Assembly: GCF_006345805.1 (NCBI RefSeq)
Contig: NC_043007.1
Location: 44,330,001-44,394,000 of the forward strand
DNA length: 64,000 nucleotides
Reading direction: 5' to 3'
From: Octopus sinensis
Lineage: Eukaryota
The notes below the pieces were generated by a model that searched no databases, was not told the origin of the DNA, and saw nothing but the letters and a program-made list of their open reading frames with translations. Each line of letters opens with the position of its first letter. The first letter of the stretch is position 1. Shown piece after piece: positions 53,401-63,623 of this stretch. The translations under genes and the position numbers were made by a program.

Positions 53401-56400
53401 ACAGTACCCATCAGTTGTAGCTTTAGTCATGAACCTTGCCAGTCAGCAGACAGCCATGTTTTAGATACCACTTCTAAGCCTCGTTTTCAACTCTCTGTAG
53501 TAATATTCACATGATCATGTGATCGACCAGGCTATCAAAAAAAAAAAAAAGATGTTGCTACACATCACTGGTCACAATGCACTTTGCATTGTTTTAGCCT
53601 TCAAATGATGCCACTCTGCTGGCTAAGTGAGCAGGTCTACAGAAGAAAGAGTGAGAGAAAGTTGTGGCAAAAGAGTACATCAAGGTTCACCACCACCCCT
53701 TGCCAGAGCCTCGTGGAGCTTTCAGGTATTTTTGCTCAATAAACACTCACAACGCCCGGTCTGGGAATTGAAACCGTGACCCTACAACTGCAAGTCCACT
53801 GCCCTAGCCACTGGGCCATTGTGCCTCCAGCTGTAGTAATAATAACAGTAGTAAATATAGCATGTATAGTTATAGTAATAATATCAGTAATTATTACCAC
53901 AATTTCATCAGAAGTGTCTAAGTGAAAGGATCAGATAGATTTTTGAGTTCTTCAGTTATGAATTTGTTAAATAATGACTCATCGTTACATCCACATAAGT
54001 CCTTACAGCAACTTTTCTGTTTTTGATGTATGCTTTTTATTGCACTAAAGTTAACATTAAGATTTTGTACATCATAGACAAAGAGGTTATGTATGGTTCT
54101 GCAATTTTGAAGTTTGATACTTCCTCAGTGCTGATGACTAAGTTGAGATGTTTTTTTTTTTGTTTTGTTTTGTTTTTCTTTGTCTCTCAGTAAATTGTTG
54201 AATATTTTCCCAATTGCCTGCATGTACTTGTAAGGTAATTTAACCAAAAATGTGTTACTTTGTCACATCCTACTGTTCTATTTATATCTGGTCATTTTAT
54301 GGTCACCTTTTAAATATTCCACCTGCTAGTTCTGTGTAAGCCAAAAATTTAGGAGTGAAAATTTGTTGAGGAAGATTTGGCTACACTAAAAAGGGGAATG
54401 TGTAAGATGAAAAACTAAAAGAATACAAAGCAGAATCTTTGGGAAGTCTGCCATTACTGGAATAATGTACTTGGTCTCACTAAGAATATGACTTCTTGGA
54501 GTTTTCCAAATTCCTTATGTGTTAGTGCTATTTATCTCTAGATGATTCTTGATCAGAGATCCTACCTTTGATCAAACACATACCAGAAATGATCATTCCA
54601 TATTTTTTGTCAGACATTGTGTATCTAGGTTTACATTGTCCAACAGATCCATTTTTTTCTTTAGATAGAAGAATGAGATTCAAAGAACATTTGATTGCTA
54701 TTTCTATCTGACCAAATGACCACATACAAGCTCCATAATTGGTTCATCCCACATGTAGTATGTCTAAGAAGGTTTAACCAGAGCAGTAACAAAAACACAA
54801 CAAACACCCAACATCCTCACACTCAACTCTAAAATATAAATACAAGTGTTTGAGACTAAAAGAATAACTCAATTGTCCTTCAGGACAACAGGCTAGTGGT
54901 TAGGACCTTATATCCAGTTGATAAAATAAGTTTCAGATTTAATCCTTAGCCTAGCTCAAGAATATCACTTGAAGACTGTTGAAGAGAACACCCATTGAAA
55001 TGTGTCATTGCTATGTTCAAGTTGAGAAAAATACTCTGATTTACAGACATCACTTTGAAAATTCGTTTCTGAAAAAGTATACTTACATAATGGTAATTTA
55101 TAGGATACATACAGATGCACACACATACATACATATATACATATGCATACACACACATATATACATACATACACATGCATACATACATACACACATACAT
55201 ACGTTCATGCATGCATAGGCACACACAAACACACTGACCCGCACACATGCGCACAAACAAAAAGGAACGCAGTGTAAATAACGGACAGAGTCAAGACTGT
55301 TGGAAAGGTTGCAAGATGCAACGAAAATTTTAGGAAAATAAAAATAAGAAATAAGTGGAATTTTTACCGGTGCGTGTGTTACATTATAAGGCACAAAAAG
55401 AAAATGACTCTCCCCAGACACAACAGAATATGCTTCAACACACGAACTCATATAAAGAATCTTGCAAACCAAATCCAAAAACGAACAAATTAATTTAATT
55501 TAACTCAAATCAATTAATTGTGTACGACAATTATGTAATTATACATTCAATGATGTTTATCATTATGAAACAGCTATTGAATACAATTAAAGTGTGAACT
55601 ATATGTAAAATATATGCTTTTCTCCATTTCTGCCAAATATGTTTGCTCTTAAAGATCATTTTAGCTGATTATGTATATACCTGCATGTCATCCCACTTGG
55701 ATTTACTGCAATTTAATTACGTTAGAGTTTAACGATCTATTATTAACTGAACTCTTAATTACTGTCAGTTTATAATTTGAGTTGTATATATCAATCTCTT
55801 ATGAGGATTTTTCAGAAAAAATATAGACATACCAAAACCATCACTTGCAAGTGAGCATGACTTTGTAACATGTACTATGCTTCTGATGACCATTTCACTT
55901 GAATGTTAATGAATTAATCAATTTAATTGTTCATTTCAGACAAATCCTATGGTTTTGGTACCTGTCTGCATTGATGATGTGCCGTCAACACCTCAGTGGT
56001 TTGGTCCTCTACATATGATAGATGCCCGGGGAGATTGTTTGGTTCCTGTTCTGAGCTGCTTATCACCTCTTCTAAATAAATGCTACAAAGACCAAACTTT
56101 GCAACATGAATTTAGTTGGATGACGAGTAAAAGCAAAGTAAGTGTGTCATATCTCTTTCTCTCTCTCTCACGCACACAAGCACACATACACACACATGCA
56201 TGCACACACACACTTCACTTGCATATACCTTCATACATATAATATATATATTTATATATGTATATATGTACATGTATGTATATATGTGTGTGTGTATATA
56301 TATGTATATATTTACATGCATATATATATATATATATATATATGTATCTATATATATAAACGGCAAAATGCCTGCGTGCGTGTCCTTTATTCAAATCCAC

Positions 56401-56805
56401 AATTTTTTCAGTTAGAGGGCTCGCACTTTCTATGGTCATTCAAAACTGTTCAAGGTTGGTTGTGCACATCTTTACATTTCCCCAGTCACCCAACAAAGCC
56501 ATTAAAAAATCAATTGAAGTGAATTTTTTGTGAATTCTCTATCCTAAACCCAATCAAAATGCCTGAAACTTGATATGCCAATTGAATGCCAGCTAGCTGT
56601 ATGTGATTGGTCGGAGATTTGGACAGTACTCGCGTGTATGTGTGCACGCACGCAGCTGTATATGCATGCACTAGCACATAGTGCTAGTATATATATATAT
56701 AATACACACATATATACTTACATATATATATATGTATATATGTATATATATGTATATATATGTGTATATATATACATGCATATATATATATATAATATAT
56801 ATATG

Positions 56806-56862
<57 letters not shown>

Positions 56863-58663
56863 TATATATATATTATATATATATATATATAATATATATA
56901 TATGTATATATACATACATATATATATGTATATATATGTATATATACATACATATATATATGTATATATATATACATGTATATATATATATACATGTATA
57001 GATATGTACACACACACACACACATGCACATGTACACCTGTGCACGCATGCACACACACATACTCTTCTTATATAATCTAGATTTTTAGAATATGCACAC
57101 TATCACTACATGTGAAAGAAGACTGAAAAAATTGGTGTTTGGATTGGCATTTAGCTGTAAAATATTGCCTCAAAAGTGTCCTGTCCAATGTGCCAGCATG
57201 ACAAAGTGAACTAAAAAACAATGGTGGTGGTGATGGTGACAATGATTATGATGATAACGATGATGATGATGATGTCAACAATGACGACAACAAAGACACA
57301 CCATTTGCGGTTAAGAAGTTTGCTTTGCAACTATGTGGTTCTAGATTTGATCTCTCATTAAGGCATATGGGTTTAATGTTTTCTGCTGGAGGAGCCTCAG
57401 GTTGTTCAATACCCTGTGAATGGAATTTGGCACTTGGGAACCGTGAAAAAGTCATCATTTAGGCACAGATGTGGCTGTGTGATAAGAAGCTTGCTTCCCA
57501 ATCACACAGTTCTGGGTTCAGTCCCACTCTCTGGCACCTTGGGCAAGTGTCTTCTACTATAGCCTTGAGCTGACCAAAGACTTGTGAATAGATTTGGTAG
57601 AGGGAAACTAGAAAAAGCCTGTTTTATATACAGGGGTTGGACAAAATAATGGAAACACCTTAAAATTTTAAACAAATTTATTTTAATATGGGGTAGGACC
57701 GTCTTTGGCAGTAATTACAGCTTGAATTCTATGAGGTATGGGTTCATACAAAGTTTGAATTGTTTCCAAAGGAATTTTTGTCCATTCTTCAGCTTAAACA
57801 GTCTTCAGTTCTTGGATATCGACTCCTTACTTGTTTTTCTAAAATGTACTATAAATGTTCAATAATAGTGAGATCTGGAGACTGTGGTGGCCAGATAAGA
57901 TGTTCAACTTCACTAGAATGTTCCTCGTGCCATTCAGTAACAACTTTAGCTGTGTAAATTGGTGCATTATCATCCTGAAAGATTGTGTTTCCCTCCGAAA
58001 ACAGTTCCCCAACCATATGATGAATTTGATCACATAAAATGCTTAAATAGTCTTGACTACTAATTCTGCCATGAAGGGAAACCATTGGGCCAGTGGATTT
58101 CCAAACTATAGCCTCCCAGATCATCACAGATCTTCCCTCATGCTTAACAGTTGGAAGAAGGCAGTCTAGGTCAAATGCTTCTTTTGGATGTCTCCACATG
58201 TATACTCAGCTGGTGGTTGGAAATAATGTAAAGAATGACTCATCCAAGAAAATAACATTCTTCTACTGCTCTAGGGACCAATTCTGTAGGTTTTTACTCC
58301 ACTCGAAATGCTTTGCAATGTTTGTTTTTGAAAGTAGTGGTTTTCTGACTGCAGCCCTCCCATGAAATCCGGCTTTGTGCAGCTCCCAGTGAACAGTTCT
58401 TGTGGAAACTAGGTTCTGAAGGTGGTCATTAAGCTCTATAGTAATTTTGGGAGCTGTACTTTTGTGATCATTTCTTACAATTTGTGTAAGAGTCTGATGG
58501 TCCCTATCTGAAACTTTTGGTTTTCTTCCAGAGTTTTGTTTCGATGAGGAGGTTTTTCCCTCTTTCTTAAAGGCTGTCATTTTTGGGAAATGTCTCCTAC
58601 TTTAGCTCCAGGTCAACCAAAGCCTTGTGAGTGGATCTGCTAGACAGAAATTGAAAGAATCCA

Positions 58664-58699
<36 letters not shown>

Positions 58700-58747
58700 A
58701 TGTATGTCTGTAAATATGTATATATTTCTCTATCCCTCTCTCTCTCT

Positions 58748-58785
<38 letters not shown>

Positions 58786-59883
58786 CTATACATATATGTG
58801 TGTCTTTATGTTGGTTTGTTTATGTCCCCATAACTTAATGTTTTGGCAAAAGTGACTGATAGAATAAGTACCAGGTTTTAAAAAAGTACTGGGGTTGATT
58901 TCTTTGTCTAAATCTTTCAATTTGGTGCCCTGCATGGTTGCAGTCCAATGACTGAAACAAGTAATGAATAAACAATAAAGATATTGCAAATTATCATTAT
59001 TTTCCTTCCTTTAATTGAAGAGCGAGACATTTATAATTTACTTACCTCTTTTTCTTTTATTTCACAGTTGAACAATGGAAATATTACTCTCTTGGATCAA
59101 TTATCACTTCTCAGACAAATTCAACTTGAAGATAATTACGAACTCAAGGGAAAAAAGATAACTGCTAAAGCGGATTATGATATTTATAAAAAACCATGCA
59201 AAATACTCTTTTGTTTTGCACCCCAAGATATGAAATTTGCTGCCATTTTGATTTCAATTCTTCAAGATCTTTTCTCAGAGATGCAGGTCCTTCTCTTCAG
59301 CACATCAATTCATGACAGATTGGCTTTACTTGAAGAAGCAGATGTAATTGTAATGTTTGTGTGTGATGATTATTTTGAATCTTCAAAATCTCTTGAGGAA
59401 CTAAACATAGCTTTCAATCGTCAACGGAAATCGAAACAGAGACTTTTGCATTTTGTCTGTACTGAAAAAATACCAACATTCCTTTCATATTTTCAAATTT
59501 TACCCTATAATGTAGTGTTTAGTGACAGCTGCTGGCATACAAAGAGGGGTAAATATGTAAATACAAAGGGTATGGTTACTGTCACTGTTTCAGAAATATG
59601 TGGAAAATATTCATATGAAATTCCTGAATATATGGCTTTGCAGAAATTAGCTTTAGATATTATTTCTTCCGTTTCAGCAAAGTAAGATATAAATCTTTTT
59701 ATTTAATTGATTTATTAATTATTTTATATATTTATTTATGTATTTATTTATTGTTAGAGCAGTAGAGAGGTAGAAATGGCAGTCTATTGGATTTTTCACA
59801 TACAGTGCAGCTAGGACTAAGTCAACAAGAATTACTCTTCATTTCGAGGATAATCTAGTTGTTATTTCTTGTTGTAAAATGAT

Positions 59884-59917
<34 letters not shown>

Positions 59918-61671
59918 ACTGTGGTTCTGGGTTCAGTCCTACTGCACGGCACCTTGGGCAGGTGTCTTCTATTATAGCCTTAGGCTGACCAGGGTCTTGT
60001 GGGTGGATTTGGTGAATAGAGACTGTGTGTGTGTGGTGTGTGGTGTGTGTGTGTGTGTGTACGTACGTATGTATGTAGAAAAAACACACATGTTTACATT
60101 AAATTATTTTCTTTCAGATCTTCAGATAATAAGGGAAATCTTGTTAATCTTTTTAACATACAACCAGAAGAGACTCAAGTTTTGTCTTTAGAAGAAGTAA
60201 GTGAAGAAACTTTCTACTAATGAAAACAATTTTTAAACCTATTTTTGCATTTCAATAATCCTCAACTAAACAGTTTTCCAGTACTTTCTTCCCTGAAGTA
60301 AGCTTCACCTTTCTTGTTAATATTTTCCCCTGTGGTCACATGTATATGAGGTAATAAGGTTGGCAGAGTCATTAAGGCAATAGACAAATTACCTTAATGT
60401 GTTGAGGTACTAATTTGGCTCTTTACCCTCTGAGTTCAAATCCTATCAAAGTCATCTTTATCTTTCATCTTTCTGGGGTTGATAATATAAGCTATCAGTC
60501 TATGATGTCAGATTGGCAGAAATATTAGTTTTCCCATTCTTTCCAAACCCATCGCTTTTCTTTTATGGCTCTGTTGACTTCACTATTCCACCACCATATC
60601 ACCTTTGATCTGGCAGAATCTTTGCTCCAACCACAGACTTTGTCTGTTGCCATCAGTTGATTATCCCATAAGGACTTCCAATTTTCTTCTATGTCATATG
60701 CCTCTGACTCTTCTGCACCTTTAATTATAGGTTTGTTAAATCAAAGTCAACCTGGGGCTAAACAAGAACAATATGAACAACAACTCTTAGCCCTTGAGCA
60801 GAAAGAATACATTTTGACATGGAAAATACCAATTCCTAATATCAGCCAGAACTTTGGCACAATTAAAATATATTTAATTATCAATATTAATTTGTCAATA
60901 TTTTTCTTTAAATAATGAGTGGTTATTTGTAATTCTTTTCTTTTTTTCTTTTTCAAGTGTATTATAACATGGCAGAAAGAAAAAAGTGATGATGATGTTC
61001 ATGAGGAAGAAAATAAGAAAGAAGAGAAAGAGAGAGAAGATGAAAAAGAAGAAAAAGAAGATAATAAGTATGAGAAAGAAGTAAATAAGAAAGGGGAAGA
61101 AGATGAAAAAGAAGAAACTAATATTAGGAAAGAAGAAGAAAAAGAAGAAAATGTACAAGTAAAAGAAGAAGATACCCAAATTAAAATAACCTTGGTGGAG
61201 GAAAACTTGGAAAGCAGGAACGGATTTGATGGAAAAGTAGAAGACAGTACTGAAGTAAATGATAATAATGGATTGGATTGTAACAGTTCAGTTAGTGTGT
61301 GCTGTGTAAAAAGATTTTCTAATGGAATGACAAACCAAAACTCTGAGGCAGGCAACAAGAGTTCCTGTACAACAATGGATGACATGGCACTCAAGATTTC
61401 TGTAGATGATGAAGACACAGAAAATATTTTAAATGAGGAAGCAAGAAATGAGCCTAGCACAGAAAATTTACCAAATGAAAATGAGAATGAGAATAATGAA
61501 CTTAATGAAGGAATAATCCCAGAGACTGAAAGTATTCCTGTTCAAGATGTTAAAAGTTCTGAAGATGTAAATAATTCCTCATCATCAAACACAAAAAATG
61601 ATGAAAATCCCTGTGATAATAAAGCAACACCTAAACATCGCAAATCAAAACATATATGTATAATTCTCTAA
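40441..61671 (+). CDS. 12-exon gene: macro-like domain + 3x TIR domain + acidic disordered tail + CaaX; ~991 aa after restoring one base in exon 6
   Basis: Manual splice: join(40441-40576,41521-41695,42766-42880,45970-46164,47661-47848,48949-49121,49960-50204,52643-52785,55940-56137,59068-59681,60118-60196,60958-61671). All introns are GT-AG with pyrimidine-rich acceptors. Phases 1,2,0,0,2,2,1,0,0,2,0 are consistent if exon 6 is 174 rather than 173 nt. ATG context gcaacaATGG. Confidence 0.85.
40660..41110. repeat. Decayed minisatellite (core tgttgtatcattgatcaatc) in coding intron 1
   Basis: More than 12 imperfect recurrences of tatcattgatca-like words. Confidence 0.65.
41521..41695 (+). CDS. 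Coding exon 2 (macro-like): [58 protein letters not shown]
   Basis: Acceptor ttttatttcAG; donor AG|GTAATA; open in phase 1 to 2. Confidence 0.85.
42766..42880 (+). CDS. Coding exon 3 (macro-like): [39 protein letters not shown]
   Basis: Acceptor ttttatgttacAG; donor CAA|GTGAGT; PLLGTGNQG resembles the macro Gly-rich diphosphate-binding loop (P-x-x-G/S-T-G-x-x-G). Confidence 0.85.
43400..43775 (-). mobile_element. SINE family A copy (intron 3)
   Basis: Reverse-complement family match. Confidence 0.8.
44090..45680 (+). mobile_element. R4/Dong-like non-LTR retrotransposon remnant (RT C-half, CCHC knuckle, restriction-like endonuclease) in intron 3
   Basis: Across frames: [81 protein letters not shown]...EVSCPAD. 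Confidence 0.85.
45970..46164 (+). CDS. Coding exon 4 (end of macro-like domain): [65 protein letters not shown]
   Basis: Acceptor ttttttcttaattttgtAG; donor AAG|GTAGTA; 195 nt, phase 0-0, no stops. Confidence 0.85.
46645..46935 (-). mobile_element. SINE family E copy; second copy at ~53410-53830
   Basis: Shared gagcctc.tggagcttt..caataaacac.cacaacgcccggtctgggaat.gaaaccg..ccctaaccactgggccatt. Confidence 0.7.
47205..47540 (+). mobile_element. SINE family D copy (intron 4)
   Basis: tRNA-like head plus family core. Confidence 0.7.
47661..47848 (+). CDS. Coding exon 5 (TIR1 N-half): [62 protein letters not shown]
   Basis: Acceptor ttttttttacAG; donor TG|GTAATT; TIR box-1-like DVYISY. Confidence 0.85.
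48949..49121 (+). CDS. Coding exon 6 (TIR1 C-half) with an apparent 1-nt deletion at 49055-49057: [37 protein letters not shown] / [21 protein letters not shown]
   Basis: Acceptor ttcttctttaccaacAG; donor CG|GTAAGT at 49122. First half is TIR betaC-alphaC (SCQDE). Second half is TIR-like only in the -1 frame, which is also the frame that matches exon 7 phase. Confidence 0.8.
49960..50204 (+). CDS. Coding exon 7 (linker + TIR2 N-half): [12 protein letters not shown]...[41 protein letters not shown]
   Basis: Long T-tract acceptor ttactttAG; donor G|GTATGA; lies inside ORF 49916..50248; YDIFVSY box 1. Confidence 0.88.
50250..50628 (-). mobile_element. SINE family A copy (intron 7)
   Basis: Reverse-complement family match. 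Confidence 0.85.
50715..51025 (-). mobile_element. SINE family D copy (intron 7)
   Basis: Family match. Confidence 0.7.
52643..52785 (+). CDS. Coding exon 8 (TIR2 core): [48 protein letters not shown]
   Basis: Acceptor ttattatatttcAG; donor AGA|GTGAGA; TIR_2-type W..I..A and S..C..E motifs. Confidence 0.87.
55940..56137 (+). CDS. Coding exon 9 (TIR2 C-end + linker): [66 protein letters not shown]
   Basis: Acceptor tcatttcAG; donor AAA|GTAAGT; same frame as ORF 55949..56242. Confidence 0.85.
56347..56687 (+). mobile_element. Non-autonomous Helitron-like element
   Basis: A|TCTATATATATAAA start; CTAG|T end with terminal hairpin CTAGCAC-ATA-GTGCTAG; no TSD. Confidence 0.5.
56688..57062. repeat. 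(AT)n/(ATAC)n microsatellite
   Basis: Direct inspection. Confidence 0.95.
57631..58585 (-). mobile_element. Tc1/mariner DNA transposon (DD36E spacing), frameshifted, 5' end lost; in intron 9
   Basis: TA|CAGGGGTTGGACAAAATAATGGAAACACCT terminus at 57631; HTH fragment 58263..58580 ([16 protein letters not shown]); catalytic fragment [33 protein letters not shown]. Confidence 0.92.
59068..59681 (+). CDS. Coding exon 10 (linker + divergent TIR3): [11 protein letters not shown]...[21 protein letters not shown]...[33 protein letters not shown]...[11 protein letters not shown]
   Basis: Acceptor tttcttttatttcacAG; donor AA|GTAAGA; lies inside ORF 58984..59685. Confidence 0.87.
60118..60196 (+). CDS. 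Coding exon 11: [27 protein letters not shown]
   Basis: Acceptor ttattttctttcAG; donor GAA|GTAAGT; phase 2 to 0 matches both neighbours. Confidence 0.75.
60958..61671 (+). CDS. Terminal coding exon 12: acidic E/K/N/D-rich low-complexity tail ending [12 protein letters not shown] (CaaX)
   Basis: Long pyrimidine tract then AAG|60958 (alternative in-frame CAG|60976); lies inside ORF 60919..61671; stop TAA 61669-61671. Confidence 0.75.
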   Translation, partial: CIITWQKEKSDDDVHEEENKKEEKEREDEKEEKEDNKYEKEVNKKGEEDEKEETNIRKEEEKEENVQVKEEDTQIKITLVEENLESRNGFDGKVEDSTEVNDNNGLDCNSSVSVCCVKRFSNGMTNQNSEAGNKSSCTTMDDMALKISVDDEDTENILNEEARNEPSTENLPNENENENNELNEGIIPETESIPVQDVKSSEDVNNSSSSNTKNDENPCDNKATPKHRKSKHICIIL

Positions 61672-61821
61672 AAGGGAAAATATTTGGCAAAAACAAACAA
61701 ACAAAAAAAAAGAAAAAAGAACCTTTCAAATTTTTGTTAAATCACACAAAATGATAATCTAATTATATAATTTTCCATCTAAGAAGTATTTGTAATTATG
61801 TATAAAGTCCTTTTCAAATTA

Positions 61822-61827
61822 ATTAAA
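61822..61827 (+). terminator. Possible polyadenylation signal (ATTAAA) of the macro-TIR gene
   Basis: Variant hexamer ~150 nt after the stop codon; the region is AT-rich so chance occurrence is likely. Confidence 0.25.
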
Positions 61828-61859
61828 ATTGTTTGTTTTCTAAAATGTGAATAAGTGAT

Positions 61860-62070
61860 TTGAATTGACGCTATGATTGATTGCTAACCACTAAACCTTT
61901 TTTTAATTTTCTCTCTCTGTTTATTTCTGTGTTCCTTTCTGTTGAAGGGCATAGGCTTGAAACGTAAAAGACTTTCTCACTTCCTGAGCGTTAAACTAAT
62001 ACATCTGTTTGTTGTTTACACACCTGTCTTCATCTTTTGTTGGTTTTTTTTTGTAAATTCCAACAATATA
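61860..62070 (+). mobile_element. Second, more diverged pLTR-like repeat copy
   Basis: ctgttgaagggcataggcttgaaacgtaaaagact...ttcctgagcg..ctaataca..tttgttg, similar to 2010-2275. Confidence 0.55.
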
Positions 62071-62087
62071 TATATATATATACATAT

Positions 62088-62508
62088 AGGTGTAGGAGTG
62101 GCTGTGTGGTAAGTTGCTTGCTTATGAACCACATGGTTCTAGGTTCAGTCCCACTGCATGGCACCTTGAGCAAGTGTCTTCTACTATAGCCTCGGGCCGA
62201 CCAAAGCCTTGTAAGTGGATTTCGTAGACGGAAACTAAAAGAAGCCCATTGTATATATGTATATATACATATATATATATGTGTGTGTGTGTATGTTTGT
62301 GTGTCTGTGTTTGTCCCTCCAACATCGCTTGACAACCGATGCTGGTGTGTTTATATCCCCGTAACTTAGTGGTTCGGCAAAAGAGACCAATAGAATAAGT
62401 ACTAGGCTTGCAAAGAATAAGTAGTGGGGTTGATTTGCTCAACTAAAGGCGGTGCTCCAGCATGGCCACAGTCAAATGACTGAAATAAGTAAAAGAGAGT
62501 AAAAGAGA
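62088..62508 (+). mobile_element. SINE family A copy
   Basis: Near full-length family match. Confidence 0.85.
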
Positions 62509-62887
62509 ATATCTCTTAGATAAAATCCGTTCTGTCTGTGTCTTCTAGGATCTCGGGCATCCTCCATCCGATTGCGCTCACATTTGATATGTAGATACTG
62601 GTATCAGGGCATGTATAAATCTTGAAAAAATTTTTTAAATTGATTCCAGGTGAGAATGCGATTGATAAAGCCGTGGGAAATCGTTTCTCTTTGGAATAGA
62701 AAAAAAGTCTATCTTTATTTCTTCTTTTGCTGGTGTCTCAAATTTAGGTTAAATCAGTATTTCTCAAAGGGGAGGCCTATGGGATGGTCGGACAAGTTGT
62801 TTTGAGAAAATTTGGTTTAAATGTTTGACAACTCAGCACTGGACGGAGGGGGGAGGGAGGGAAAGGGGGGGGTGCGTTTTGCTCATG

Positions 62888-62888
62888 T

Positions 62889-62947
<59 letters not shown>

Positions 62948-63127
62948 ATATATATATATCTATATATATATATCTCTATATATATATATATATATATCTA
63001 TATATATATATATATCTATCTATATATATATATATATCTATCTATATAATATATATATCTATCTATCTATATATATATATATCTATCTATATATATATAT
63101 ATCTATCTATCTATATATATATATATA

Positions 63128-63175
<48 letters not shown>

Positions 63176-63182
63176 ATATATA
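62888..63182. repeat. (AT)n/(ATCT)n microsatellite
   Basis: Direct inspection. Confidence 0.95.
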
Positions 63183-63239
63183 TGGTAAAATAGAAAGATG
63201 AATAATCTTGTTGCAGATTAATCAAAAGTTTAACCGATA

Positions 63240-63623
63240 CCTTGGTAGCAAAAATCACAGCAGAAGAAAGCACGGTTGGAGATAAAACCTATTGGTGTTG
63301 CAACCGTGCGTTGGTGCGGATAATTGAATTTTAGTATTATTAGTGAATTGAAGAAATGGAGTTGAACGAAGATTGAACAGAATTCCTTTTATTGCATTCT
63401 ACACATGTTTCAAAAGCCACAATTTTCCAAATTCTGATTAAATAAGGATCCCATATTGTGGCTTTCTCATCAGGAAAAAAATAGGAATTCCGTTGGCAGC
63501 ACAAAACAGAACAGAGGCGGCTCTTTAAGAGCCCATGGGTGAACTGATTATCAATGTACGTTGAAATCGGGTGGTGGGTGCATTGAAGATATTTACAGGT
63601 CAGGCGGCGGTCAAATCCAGTAG
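63240..63623 (+). promoter_or_regulatory. CpG-richer unique region; candidate promoter / first exon of a downstream gene
   Basis: Raised CpG content, ATTGG box near 63291, donor TAG|GTGAGA at 63624; no convincing ORF. Confidence 0.2.

Noticed and set aside
54480-54780. Protein-like + strand stretch ([28 protein letters not shown]...) in intron 8
   Set aside because: Multiple stops and no recognised family; exons 8 and 9 already join in phase without it.
59680-59685. In-frame TAA right after exon 10 suggesting a tail-less soluble isoform
   Set aside because: Any phase-2 GTAA donor gives an in-frame stop, and no clear intronic poly(A) signal follows, so there is no independent support.
1187-63201. 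Dozens of ORFs rich in YI/CV/HT, poly-D/H/I/S/P or F/L/S
   Set aside because: They are translations of (AT)n, (CA)n, (CAT)n, (CCT)n and polypyrimidine tracts, or of SINE bodies, with no domain-like content.
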